Assembly (NCBI RefSeq): GCF_000181795.1 | Contig: NW_003526944.1 | Location: 4,257,754-4,293,648, forward strand | Direction: 5' to 3' | Source: Trichinella spiralis | Taxonomy: Eukaryota | DNA length: 35,895 nt | In this document: piece by piece, positions 14,740 through 27,839 of the stretch | How positions within the stretch are numbered: position 1 is the stretch's first letter | How the letters are laid out: each line of letters opens with the position of its first letter | Notes under the pieces: model-generated | Told to the model about the DNA's origin: nothing | Seen by the model: the letters and a program-made list of their open reading frames with translations, nothing else | Database searches by the model: none | Translations under genes and position numbers: made by a program

Positions 14740-17300
14740 ATAAAATGTTTTATTTCAATCGGCAGTGGAGACGTCCGCATGTTCGTATTCCACTGTTGGT
14801 TGATGTGTTAGTTTGGGTATGGCCAGTACCAAGAAACGGCATGTGATGCCACTGGATCATGATGTTTTTGATCGCAAACTGTTACGCCAGCACTCGTCCT
14901 TCAGCTGGAATAAACGTTCAGAAATATGAGTAATAAATAACGGCCACTCCACCCTTTAACAATTTTTTCACATAAATTTCATAATCAAAACTGGAAAAAT
15001 TATATATGTAAATGATAAAATGAAATATTTTTATTTTCATGCTGCAGTCCAGGGGGCGATTTACGTTTTTTTGCTTTTCAGAAAAGCTTCACACAGAACA
15101 GCAAAAATCCTGTGCTAATAATAATAGAATGCAGTATTTTTATTTTATACTGCACGTAAATTTAAATTTTGATTAAAAAAATTCATTTTTTGATAAATAT
15201 TTCATATTTAAAAATGCTGTATTCAAAGAAAGAGATTTTAAATAAAAATATAAATGGCAATGATAATAGTATTTTGGCTTAAATCAAATATAAGAATCAC
15301 AAATTGCAGTGGAAACTTTTGCTTCTTTATTATTTTATCGGTGGTTGATTTGCTGGCATGCGCCCACTCGTATGCAGGTCAGTATGAAATTGCCAACATA
15401 TTTGGTACTGATGCACCAAAGTGTAAAGGCTTGTCTGCTTTGTTACGTGAACATGGGTCAGAAAAGCCAAATGCATCATCACAATGATGGCATTTTTCAA
15501 AACATCCCAAATAGATGAATTCCATCAGACGGATTGTATCGATCGTAAATAAATGAGAATTTAAATTGATTTTTTTTATAAAATTCATTTTTTGACAAAT
15601 ATTTGCTTTTTAAAGTTATATTTTACTTTACTTTATTGTTTTTCTTTTTGCTTCAGTGTACCGTGAAAGGGATCGTCCATAAATTGAAAGAGTCCTAATA
15701 ATTTACGGTCCAGATTTGTTGAAAATGTCAAAATACTCAGCATCCACTGTTTTCACTTATTTTATCTACATCTCGTCTACTTTGTTACATTGTTATTTTC
15801 GAATTTGCATATGTTGTGTGGCATTTTCATCAATAGTTGTGCATATAAATCAGGTTTGAACAGCACATGTCACAACTGATGGCAGCATTTTAGAAGATTT
15901 GAAATGCTCAAATCATCATCAGTTTCCACTTTCCCTTTTCATTTCGATTATAAAATTTATTTTTCGATAAACATTTTTTTTTAATCTGTTGAATTCAAAA
16001 ATATGGATACAAAATAAAAAATAAATGCCAATAATAATAGTAATAATGTGCAGGGGTTGTTATAAATAGAATAATTATTTCATACTAATCGGCAGTGGAA
16101 ACGTCCGCATGTTCGTATTCCACTGGAGGTTGTCTTGCTGGATTCTGCACTCTTGTATGTCATAGGTTTGACATACAAGAGACGACACGGTGAAAGCGAG
16201 TGTGGTTAACAAATGCCATTAGAAAGGCTATGTATATTCTTACACAAAGTTTTCATACAAGAAATTTGTTTACCTTCATTATCATTTTATTGTATTTTTT
16301 TAATTTTTTATCATCAAAGAATTTTGGTAAGTTACAATTTTTGTCTTCGTAATTCTGTTTTCAGCACAGGAAAGCAGTGTGCTTATATATTTAGGTGATA
16401 AACTTTTTTAGATGAGTTCTATTTTTGTAGGTCATTTTTGAATATTCAAATTGAAACTTAAGACATGCGGAGGCCGGTTTTGACAAAGACAGTGGTTTTG
16501 TTAGGGCGTTTTTTGTCAGATAGTTTATATTTTGACTTTATTTTAAACGTCAATGTCATTTTTGAATTAGAAATAACTGTCAAATATCATAAATAAAAAA
16601 TAATAATACTGTCAAAATAAATAAAAAAATTATTCAAAATAAAAAATAAATGGCAATAATAATAATCATAATAATAATGTCTGGGGGTTATTATAAATAG
16701 AAGAATTATTTCATATTAATTGGCAGTGAAAACATCCGCTTGTTCGTATTCTACTGTTCTACTGTACTTGTTGATTTCCTGGATTGCTTACTTTCATAAA
16801 GACCAAAAAATTAAAATCAATCCTCGCACCTATGAGGGCTTGTCAGCTATATAATGCCTTGAGGTGCAATTGGAAGATGTGAGTTTTTTCAACTGACACC
16901 TTTTTCATAACATCTTATATAGAAAATACAGAACAGCAATTATCATAAATTAATAATTAAATGCAATCGTTTTATTTTAATTTGACGTGCGAATTTTAAT
17001 TATGCTCTTGATTGTACAATTTATTTTTCATAAATATATCACTTTTAAATATGCTGTATTCAAAGATATAATATAATATTATATTATATAATATGCATTA
17101 AAAATAAATGAAAGTAATTATTATAATTTGCATTAACTATAAATGCAAAAATTATTTCATCACAAACGGTAGTGGAAACGTCTATTCTTTCGTATTCCAC
17201 TAGTGGTTGATTCGTTGGATTGTGCACTCGTATGAAGTGTGCAACCTAATGGATATAGTTGCGGGCTTGTCTGCTATATGAGGCCCCAACGTGAATATGT
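14740..17300 (+). repeat. Five dispersed tandem copies of a ~150-300 bp unit (TATA + hairpin core)
   Basis: Core (c/t)agtggaaacg..10 nt..cgtattccact(g/a) at 14763, 15307 (degenerate), 16093, 16724 and 17170. Several copies share upstream aaaataaatggcaataataat / gctgtattcaaag and downstream ggttgat..gctggatt / gggcttgtctgct. Confidence 0.85.
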
Positions 17301-19139
17301 CGAGCAAAATTAGCTGTAAAGAGATTGCTGTTTGCTCAACGTGCTGATGCAGTGAAAGCTGTTTAGCAGAAAATGCATGCAAATTTTTATTCCATTTCTA
17401 TACGTATGCTTTAGTTTCGATGATTGCTAGCCTACGGCGTGCGGTGAAAGTGCGACGACGATTCTCCTGCGATGAAGATGGTGGAATAACATCTAAAACG
17501 TCTTTGCTTTTCATTTATTATTTTTTATTTCCTCAAATTCATTCATTCAATTAACGTATTATTTATAACTTTTACTGCGCTAGAAGGTGAGCATTTGATT
17601 TTATGTTTCATATTTTAATCGATTCGAAAAATGATGAAGATGCGGGCAACATGAAGCAGAAATGGTAAACAAAAGGTATACAGGGTCTCCCGTGGGTCCC
17701 TATTTTATATGTCTGGTATGAGGATACTTCGAAAGGGTAAAGTGATCCCCTAGTTGAATTAAGCTAAGGACAAACCTGTATGGTTGAGATTTCAAATAAT
17801 GCAGTGTGTGGGCTTTGACGCAGCAAAATCGTTGTATGCAATGTTTTGAAAATTTCATTTGTTAACTATTATTTATTTTCATTTATCGCTTAGCTTAATT
17901 TCAAGACGCACATTTTTTAATTGTTTTTATTAACCAATCATGGTATTATTAACCAATTTTTTAACCAATAACCAATTGGTGAGAAATTTGCTAAAACTCC
18001 AATTTAGCAATATTGATATGTGTAAAAGTATTGTAAACAGCAACATTGTAATAAACTTTGTAATCAAAACGAATCGTTTTGAATATATGATATTTCTGAA
18101 CCGTTGTTAGTTATTATTGAATGAAATTGTTTAAATAAAAATTTTCAAAATTATCAGAATTGCTTTAATGTATAAACAAAAGCAGCATCAATTTTGCTGA
18201 AGTTATACGATTTTTTTGGTGAGAAAATTTCTATTTATTAAAATTATTTGCCATACACCCTTATCAAACTGTTTCAAATATTTCCATCTCTATTATCTGA
18301 ATTCAAATTGCTTCTTTGTCATCCACATGAACAATATGTGAACAAATGCGCCATCAGAAACAAGTACTGGCGACAGAAATGTGACAGATTTATTTACATG
18401 ATTGCAGGATATACACGAATTTTCACTTTATGCAATTTATAAGCAACTCAATCTCCACTATGAGCATACGATTAATGATGAAGCATTGGATGCTGTATGA
18501 GAAATGTAATTTCAGGGACAATTCAATTGCCGGGAAAATAGAAAATATTGTTTTACAGAATAATAACAAAATAATCAATCTACTTTGCACGTAATTTTAA
18601 CGCATATTTTCTATATCATCATCAGTTGTTTAAACATATTGAAACGCATTTTCAAAGTTATTTATGAATTATTGATTATTTAATGTGCCCTGCTTTTCTG
18701 AACGACTCAGCTGTAGCGACAAGGATAACAGTTGGGTACTCTATTTTTGAATGTATTTCAAATAGATCAGTTTTGGGGAAAAATCTTTCTATTATGTGTT
18801 TGCTAATTTGCCGTAAAATAACCTTGCAATATTTCAGATCAACAGCATATTCAGCGTTCAGCTGCCCCTGAAATTCAGGTGCGCAAATTCAGTTGTACAA
18901 AAGGCGGCGATTCAGCTTGAAACAAAATCACTGACAAATCCATAAAACAGTTATGGATGAACATTGATTTAAATCATAATAACACAACAGAAATGGAAAG
19001 GAAATTAGATTAACGAAGATCAAGAAGAGTCTGATAAGCATTCATGACTCAAAAGGGAATTGTTCTACATTCTACATAAAATACTTTATTAAACTTAATG
19101 AAATCGTAATAACTTTCAGCAATTAATAAAGTTCACCAT

Positions 19140-22100
19140 AATGTTGCTATACCATTACGCTGTAACAGAGCAAAAATGAATTTACATCACCAAAGATTAG
19201 GTCAGATTATTCTACGTTGAATATTATGACTATAAATACTTGCTTGAGCTTGACCTACTTTTCAAAAAGTACTCTTCACAGTTAGCTATTCATAGTCTTC
19301 ATGGTAATATGTGTGATGTACACTATTCAAGAACTGCAATAAAGTCTCCTATTCAATATCATCAATAGTTGAAAGGTAAGTCATTTTTACAATTGTACTA
19401 ACGTTCTTCATAGATATCACTACAGACAATATGTTAGTTCCAAATTAATGGATTTCAGCTTCAGATCAGCTTCACCGTCTGGATGGAGAATATTTTTTAT
19501 GTAATCAATACATACTAATGAAAATTATACAAACTAATGAAAATCTCGTTGCGCTACGCAGCAACTTAGTTAAAATCTCATTTTAGAAAATATGATTTAT
19601 GTAAGAAATATTACGTTGCAATAAATGCTCAATAAAAAACTCGTAAATTTCATTGTACAGTAATTGTAAATCGTTATCATTGACTGCAGTAGCTCAAATA
19701 AAACATCTGAAATTCCTGCAACCTGCATTATGTAAATAGAAATCAAGTACAAATTGCATATTCTTCTGTTACTACAAAGAGCATCCTTATTGCGGAAACC
19801 ATTGACAGCGTCGAAGTACATTTTAATTAAAGCCACTTCTGTGTATGACTATCAATTGCATGCATTTTATTTTTTTATTACCATTTAACATCCAAATTTT
19901 CTACCTCATTTGCAGCAAAATATCGAAAAGTATGCTTCTAGGAATTGTGCGAGAAATGTGGTAATACATTTTGCATTTCCTAAGATTCATCTATATCACT
20001 TGTTTGAAAGATTTTTATATAGAAATCAATATTTCCTGGACTAAACAGGCTTTGCTGTTTTGGATGCTGAAAAAAGCTGTTTTGCAATGTGTGCATGTTC
20101 CTTCCCACATTGATACATACGAGAGATTAAATTTTTTTGCAAAGTTTCATGGAAAGCAACCTCGAGCTGGTGGAATAAATCGCTTCTAAAGTAGGTACAT
20201 TGACTGTCACTTCACAGAGAGTTCACCAATATGTAAGTTTCTTTCAACGTAACCAGGATTCGTGAGTTTTCCCAAAGGAAAAAGCCTTACTATTTCAATA
20301 AAGAAATTATTCAAAATTTCATGCCTCGCACGATGTCTCGATTTTCAGTGGTCGAAGTTTCCTTTAATTTTAGGCCATTTTGATGAATTTGATGGAATTT
20401 GCTTACAATCAGAGGGAAATGGACATAGGACATTTGATATACTAACTTTATATTAATTTATCTCATTATAATGCACCATTGATATCAATGTCCAACGTAA
20501 TTTCGCTTTCACATTGATTAATACCTGATTGTTCTACCGCATGCTTTGCATACCCATTTTTTGTTATAAAACTGTCTACGCATGTTTCCAGAACGCATTA
20601 CTATGCGGTTCATCATCTTTATTATTCAATTTTCTTTTCAATGATATTAAAATTATATCTCTTTGATTGTACTGTCGCTTTCCAACCTTACTTGAATCCC
20701 GCGTAAGAAAATGAACTGTAAATGAAGTAGTTTGCCTAAAACATAATTGGAAAAGCAATAAAAATAAAGGAATTAACACTTTCGCACAATTAAATGTCTC
20801 CTTGCATGGTATTTTTCCTTTTATTTGCATATATTCACTTACAAATACAGAACAACCAATGACATAATCTCAGAAAACAGGAACCAATAATTATTTGCTT
20901 TTCTGATAATTAATGGCAGCAATGCGCAGCAAAAAGGTACATAAATTTTCAATAATTCACATTCGATAATTTTATGAAATATATTATAAATTATCTGACT
21001 AGCAGATTTTACATTTATAGAAGAGAGAAAGTGAATATTGCGTCAGAATTGTATTCTTCTCTTATCATTCTGACTAATTCCTATTTGAGAATTGTACTCA
21101 CGCGAACAATTGCGTTTGAAAAAATTTAAAATTTTAAGGATGCTGTAACGGATAAACGAAAGTCAAGAACAAATTTTATTTGAAGAAGGCACTTCCCTTC
21201 CCTCAATTCTTTAAACATTTTGAATAAATCTTCACAAAATTGTTTTCCTTGTATAGTTATTTATTCTGTATATTTTATTTCTCTTCTTTACATTCACACT
21301 AATATCGCATTTTTCTGCCATCGCCGTTTTGTGAAAAATGGCCAATGATTATTTGCCGTAATTTCTACTATTTTTGAATGATGGTTGTTCACAATGATAA
21401 ATAATAGCGTTGTAGAGAATTTCAGTGAAATGTGCCAATTAATTTTGGAATAAATGGTCTGTTGAGTTAGCGCATTGCGCCTATCTTTATACATAGGAAA
21501 GTTGCCCATCTGTAACTTCCTCAAACAGGTACTAGGATGCGAGAATTTCATCAAACGTAACATTCTTAACAATTGATTAGGCTGTGTATTCAAACTTAGC
21601 TACCTTGTGCAATATTTTAGTTGTTTGAGCAATCCATTTTTCCTTCATTTTCAGTCTGTTTTGATTAATTCATTGAGACCTGTTTTAGAACAAGCTAAAA
21701 TGGAAATAAATCGTTCAACATACACATTTTCTATTAATTTCTCTTCTATAATGCGTGATTCAAATGAAAGTTCAACGTTATTTTCCATCAACAATGATTA
21801 ATACTTGAATGTCATAACGTACGCCCTGCATGTTTAATTTTGTGCAAAAAACATTTTGTGCAAAAAAATTGTTCATTTCAATTGATAACGTGTATTTCAT
21901 AATTCATGTTATTTAAAGGGCTTCTGATTGATACCAAATATGTCCTTCTTTGAATTCCATTTCGCTTTTCAGTTGTTGCTATGTGCCACATGTGAAAATC
22001 TGGTTTTAATGTGGCAGTTTGCAATAACAATTGTATGAAATTGTAATAAAAGTAAATAAATTAAAAATTTATTAAAATTAAATGTCCCCATCCATGATAT

Positions 22101-25100
22101 TTTACCATTCGTTTAAGATACCCACTTTAAATTTCAGTAAAAGTAATGGAATTTTGCTAGGAAAGCACAGCGAATTATTCATTGCATAATAATTTAAAGC
22201 AGTGCGGCGCAGGATAAATTTTTATACTGTTGAATAATGCACAATCGATGACTGTTTGAGAAATTCGATGAAATATCTGGTTCTAAATTTGATATTTAAA
22301 AAAGAAAGAAATGCAATATTGTATAAAATATCTATTCCCATCTCTTATGCTGGAATAATTTTCATTTCAGAAGCTCAAATAATGAAATAAATTACGTTTA
22401 AAAAATTATAAGGTTTAATGATGCTGTAAGCGATAAAGAACAATCAGGAACAAATTTTGTTTGATCAAGATACTACTGTTCGCTCAATTTTGTTAGCGAT
22501 TGCGATAAATCTTCACAAAATCATTTTCCTTGCACACTCATTTATTCCGTATATTTCATTTCTCGTTTTTTTCTCCTTACAATTCCTCCTATTTACTCTT
22601 TTCTCCATTTTAGTTTCCCGTTTCAAAGAAATATCTCGACAAATGGTGAACATGGAACGGTTAGGACACGGTTGCTGTTGTTTTGTAATTTTTTCTGATC
22701 GATCTTGTAATTTCAATAGGGAATCGCTTAATCCAAAAATTTCCTTAATTTCATTGGCATTAGCCTTTGTTGTTTTGCGAAATACTGGGATAAACGTTTC
22801 TTGAAATTTTGAAATTTTTTCATTGATATCGATCGACATCGTCAGATCAGTGTGTTTTTCAAAGTTTCATTTAAAACAACTTTGTAAATGTGCAATAAAT
22901 ACCCTTTGAAATTTTTACACTGCCTATGTTGATACACAGGATATCTGCCATTCGCAAATTATCATCATGCGCAACCACAATTTGTTATTTTCCCCAAATT
23001 AAATAGTTTTGCAAAATTAAATAGTAAAATTGAGAACTATATTTTTTCAGAACAAAAATTTTATTATTTTTCAATTTTGGGCAATCCAGTTTTTCTACAC
23101 CTACGTTCATGAACAGCAACAGGTTTATGATGAGATTTCCATGAGTTTTCAAATCTACATTCGTAAATGAATAGATTTACATTCATGTATTATTATATAA
23201 CATTGAGTTTGAATAAAAACGTAATAAGTTTCATATATAAGTAAACATTGCCTTTGTAACTATGTCATTATGCTATTACTGACTAAAACTGAAATTATTC
23301 CACTACAAGCTATGGCACATTCTACTTCCTCAGACTTCAACTTGACCCACTTTCAAGAATGTTATCCCAATGGTTATTCAGTTTATTAGTGTGTAAAATA
23401 GCCATCATGAAGCGCGTTCAACTCTCCTCAGTATCATCTACAATTACAAGGTAGGTTACATTTCATTACTGAACTCCCGATCTGATTATGTTTGAATGAC
23501 TTCAATCAACCTCTTTCCTCTTAGTAAGAAATTAAGTGGGAACATTATTATGTGAGCTAAATGTGCATATTTTTTCAATAATATGCAATATATGATTAAA
23601 TGTATAAGCTAGTGAACTAATTAGATAAGAAATTTCAAATTTACAGTAGAAATAATGTAATCTACGATGAATATTTTTGTCCAATTTTGTTATTTTGAGT
23701 AATTCTTAAATCTGCAGCCCAATCCATCAATAAAATTTTGAAAAATGAAAATTAAAGCATCAGCGATGCAGTAATCTCTAACCAAAAATGAGGAACAAAT
23801 GTTAATCAAATTTGAAAATACTTTTGGTAAAAACTATAATTCTTTCGAGGTAAAGTTATGCACAATAACAATTTATGCATCCCTATTTATTTTTTATATT
23901 TTATTTCTCTTCTTTCCATTCCCATTAAAATCACATTTTTCTGGTTCTATTGTTTTGCGATAAACTGCGAAATTTCTACTTTTTTTGATAGGTGGATGTT
24001 TACATTGATAAGGGATAATGTTAGAGAGAGATTCATCGCAATCTGCACATTAGGTTTGGCATAAATGGCCTCTAAATTTCTCCCAGTGTCTATTTTAATA
24101 CGTATGAGAATTCTCCATCAGTAGCTTCCTCGAAATGGAACAAGAATGCGTGAATTACAGAAAACATAACATTTTGGGCTTTTGAAGAATGTATGCATTC
24201 AAAATGAACAGTCTCGTGGAATATTCTACTTGCTTTCGCATTCCATTTTTCCTTCATTTGCAGCTGATTTTGATTAATTCGATGTAATTTGTTTCAAAAC
24301 AAGTTGAAATGGAAATATATCATTCAGCGTACTCAGTTTCTGGTTGTATATTTTATCAGTTCACTCAGTTTTGTGGAATTTTCAACGTTATTTACCTTCA
24401 ACATTGATTAATACCTGATTGTCATACCGTACGCCTTGGATGCTTCAATTTTTTTGAAAAAAATATTTATTGCATGGAATGCTGTGACTTTTATTCAACT
24501 CGCTTCTGATTGATGCCAAACTTGTCCTTCTTTGAATTCATTTTCAGTTTGCCATTGAAGCTAAATACCACACGTAAAAATGTGCTTTTAATGTAGTGGT
24601 TTGCGATAACAATTGCAAAAAATAGTAATGAAAGTAAAGAAATAAAAAATCGGTAACAATTAAATGTTCCTATCGATGGTAGTTTTCCCAATCGATTGAG
24701 ATATACACTATAGAGTTCAGTAAAAATAATGTAATGATGCTGGAAAAGCGCAGCTACTTATACATTGCATTTGCAAAAATTTAAAGCAGTACTGCACAGG
24801 ATAGACGTCCATAAATTTATAATAGTACGCAGTCACTGATATTTTGAGAAATTTGATTAAATACTTGGTTTACAAGTTTAAGGTTTATAAAAGGAATAAA
24901 TGAAACGTTTCATCAAATTTGCATTCCCATCTCTTCATGTTGATTTATTCTCATTTCAGAAGCGCAATTAATTAAAGAAATTACGTTTAAAAAATTTTAT
25001 AGTTTAAGAATGCTGTAGCGATAAAGAAAAGTCAAGAAGAAATTTTAGTTAAATGAGATGATTTTTTTTGCTCAAATATTTATTGTTTTGTAAAACTTTT

Positions 25101-25860
25101 CACAATATGACTTTCCTTGCATATGTATTTATTCTACATATTTTGTTTCTCTAATTTTCTTTCCCATTTATAATCCATTTTATTTCCATTTCTAAGTCTA
25201 GATCTCGAGAAATACGCAACAAGGAATAGTGAATCGAAGTTTGTTGCTCCTTTCTTATTTGTTTCGATCTATTCATAGCATTTTACAGTAAATCGATTTA
25301 TCCACCTTTTGTGAATTTCTCGGGCTATTACAGCCTTTGTTATTTTGCTTGAAACGGCGAAACACTTTTCCAAAATCCGTTTTCCAAAATTTTCTAACTT
25401 TCTCGAAACAGCACAAGTCTGCGTGATTTTCAGAATACGCAACATATTAGCTAAGTATGCATTAGAAATGAGCAGCTTGGTACAATATTTTACTTGTTTG
25501 GTAAATTTAATTTCCGTTCATTTACATTCTTGAAGAGGAACAGATCTTCAAATCAACACTCGAAAGTAAATTGATCCGTCACATTGCGTCATATTCCATA
25601 AGGGTTGAATACAAACGTAATTACTTTTATAATTAGTAAAAATTTGCAACTTTAATGATGTCATTACGCTTTCAAAATTAAAAGTGAAGTGATTTCAACA
25701 GAGGGAATGTCATATTCTAATTACCTGCTGTTGGCGCTGAACAAGCTTGATATGTTATCCTCATGGTTATGTGGTTTATTAGCGTATAGAGCAACAGCCA
25801 AGAAGCGCGTTTAGCTCTTCTCCTCAATACAATCTTCAGTTTCAAAGTAAGTGTTGCGTC
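19140..25860 (+). pseudogene. Decayed tandem array of probable cadherin-domain genes
   Basis: Homologous blocks recur at 21113/22393/23740/24982 and at 20360/21640/24249. Leader block at 19140/23255/25655 ends in a splice donor. Plus-strand remnants include ANDYLP*F (21341), GHFDEFDGICLQSEGNGHRTFDI (~20375), STLFTFNID*YLIVIPYALDAS (~24383) and HFQFAIEAKYHT*KCAFNVVVCDNNC (~24539). The repeats are certain; the cadherin identity is inferred. Confidence 0.5.
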
Positions 25861-27839
25861 ACTCCTATGCTTCTGTTACGTTCATATATGATTGCAATCA
25901 AACAACCTATTAATCACAAATAGAGTGTGAACAATACAGTGCAAGATGAATGTTCTGAGGAATCCATGAGAAACTTGCTAAATACCCTACCTCTGCATTA
26001 TCCGACATTTTGTCCAATAGTTTAACTATGATTCCTGTACCAATGGTTCTGTGCAGCTTCATTGACTACCCCAGCACACTTTCTTTCCTATGGTGGGTTA
26101 CTGAGGCCCCATCAGCGTATTGATAAAAGTCACGTAACTAGTGGTTCCTTTCCTCCGGTTTCCAATATAACTGATGCTTCTTCTGTATCGCCCTTAACTT
26201 TAACCTTTTCAGTGCATTAAATGTATTTTATCTCAGCGTACCGTGTGACATTTGAGCAAAGGCTACCCAGCAGTTTCAGAATAAATGGCTTATAACTTTG
26301 GCACATTTCCAGGTTTTGATATTTTTGGTAATTTAACGTACATGGAAGATGTTATGTTAGTTCATAATTAAAAACAGGGTATTTTCTTAAACTGGACACT
26401 TTTTTGCAATATTTTGCGGCTTTTGGAAATGCAGGTTTTCCTCCTTTATGTACAATACCAACTGTTTTCAAAATTGTTCTTGAAAATTGATCGCAACGCC
26501 AATGAAATGGTAAATGCTTTCTGTTTGTAATAAATCTGAATAAATTAATCCCAAAACTGTTGCTGATATTCATTAATGCTTGATTGCCTTAAAGGTATAC
26601 ATTCAAAGTGTCCTTTGCGTTTGATAAACAATCAATTCGTGTCGTGGAATGCGTAATATCATCATTACTATTATTTCCATTCTTCATTAATACCCAACAT
26701 GTGCCTATATGAATATAGATTTATTTCGTTGAATCCTTCTGTGCTCTTGCTGGAGATGCACTTTTAGTGTTGCAGTTCGTAGGAGGGATAAATTCTGATT
26801 GCACATCAAAATAATTGAATAAATAATTTGTCTGAGATGTGTCGAATGAGTTGTTACATAGAATTCATTTGAAACAGTTTTAGTCTTACACTGAAAAATA
26901 GGCATTTGAAAAACGGTCATGAGTAATTAAAATATTTCTTACCTCGGATTTTCCATTATTACTCCATTCTTATTAGGTCATTACGCTTTTACTACACTAA
27001 AGGCAACGTGATATGCTATTTAAATTGTAGACCTGCTCATGTACAACTTTTCACATTGTGCCCTCTATTTTCGGCTATTAATTCTATTCATGTGATGGGC
27101 ATCAGGCAAGCAGCGTTTTTAATTTTTCTCCTTCAAATTATCTGTGATTCAAATAAGTTATGCTTCATATTTGATGTCATGTTATCTGCAAGTATGTCAT
27201 ATTTGTAGGTCTTCATCAATATGCCAGCTTATAACTAACAGATTTCTATTTTCTTTTACTAACATTCATTCTATGCTTGCATGTTAGAGCGAAATTAATT
27301 TACAGTAATAGGCATGAAAAATGGAATTTCTTTTTGAGACTCTTCAGCGAATGTTTGAAATAAAATTACATTGTTCATTAATTAACTTCTTCCTGTTTTC
27401 TTTAAAAGCTATTTATTGTCCGCCTAAAGGGTTTATGGTTACATAGAATATTACGCATGGAGTGGAGTTTCAAGAATAACAATTTCGATTTTTTTCCTAC
27501 TAATCGAATTACTAATATACTAATTGAACTTGATGGAATAAATTTTCATACTATTTGCATTGCTCAGCACTTTAGATAACAGTGCATGATAGAAATATTG
27601 AAATTCATGTAATTTATTTATTTATTAATTTCTAATTTCTAATTAATTTTCCAGATTATTATGTGTGGGAAACGCATACGTAGCTCTGACAGAGAAAGAA
27701 AGACAAAGTGTAAGTAAAAGACATTGTTTTACCTGCATTTCACTCATTTTCAAATTTTGAAAATTTAGACAAATACATAACATTCAAAGTGAAAAATTAA
27801 GACTAACTACTTCCCTGCAAATAAATTATGGTATGTGAA

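Noticed and set aside
14763..17202. Repeat cluster read as a CRISPR array, SL RNA genes or defensin exons
   Set aside because: Eukaryotic context and 450-790 bp irregular spacing exclude CRISPR. There is no AG|GT leader end or consistent Sm site. The Cys-rich frame in copy 16093 is not open in the other copies.
17679..17700. TA-CAGGGTCTCCC resembles a Tc1/mariner TIR start
   Set aside because: No matching inverted end or transposase remnant found in the window.
21294..24691. Minus-strand ORFs in the array (21294-21593, 22513-22839, 24491-24691) as a gene family
   Set aside because: The frames are broken in paralogous copies, and recognisable motifs and splice donors lie on the plus strand.
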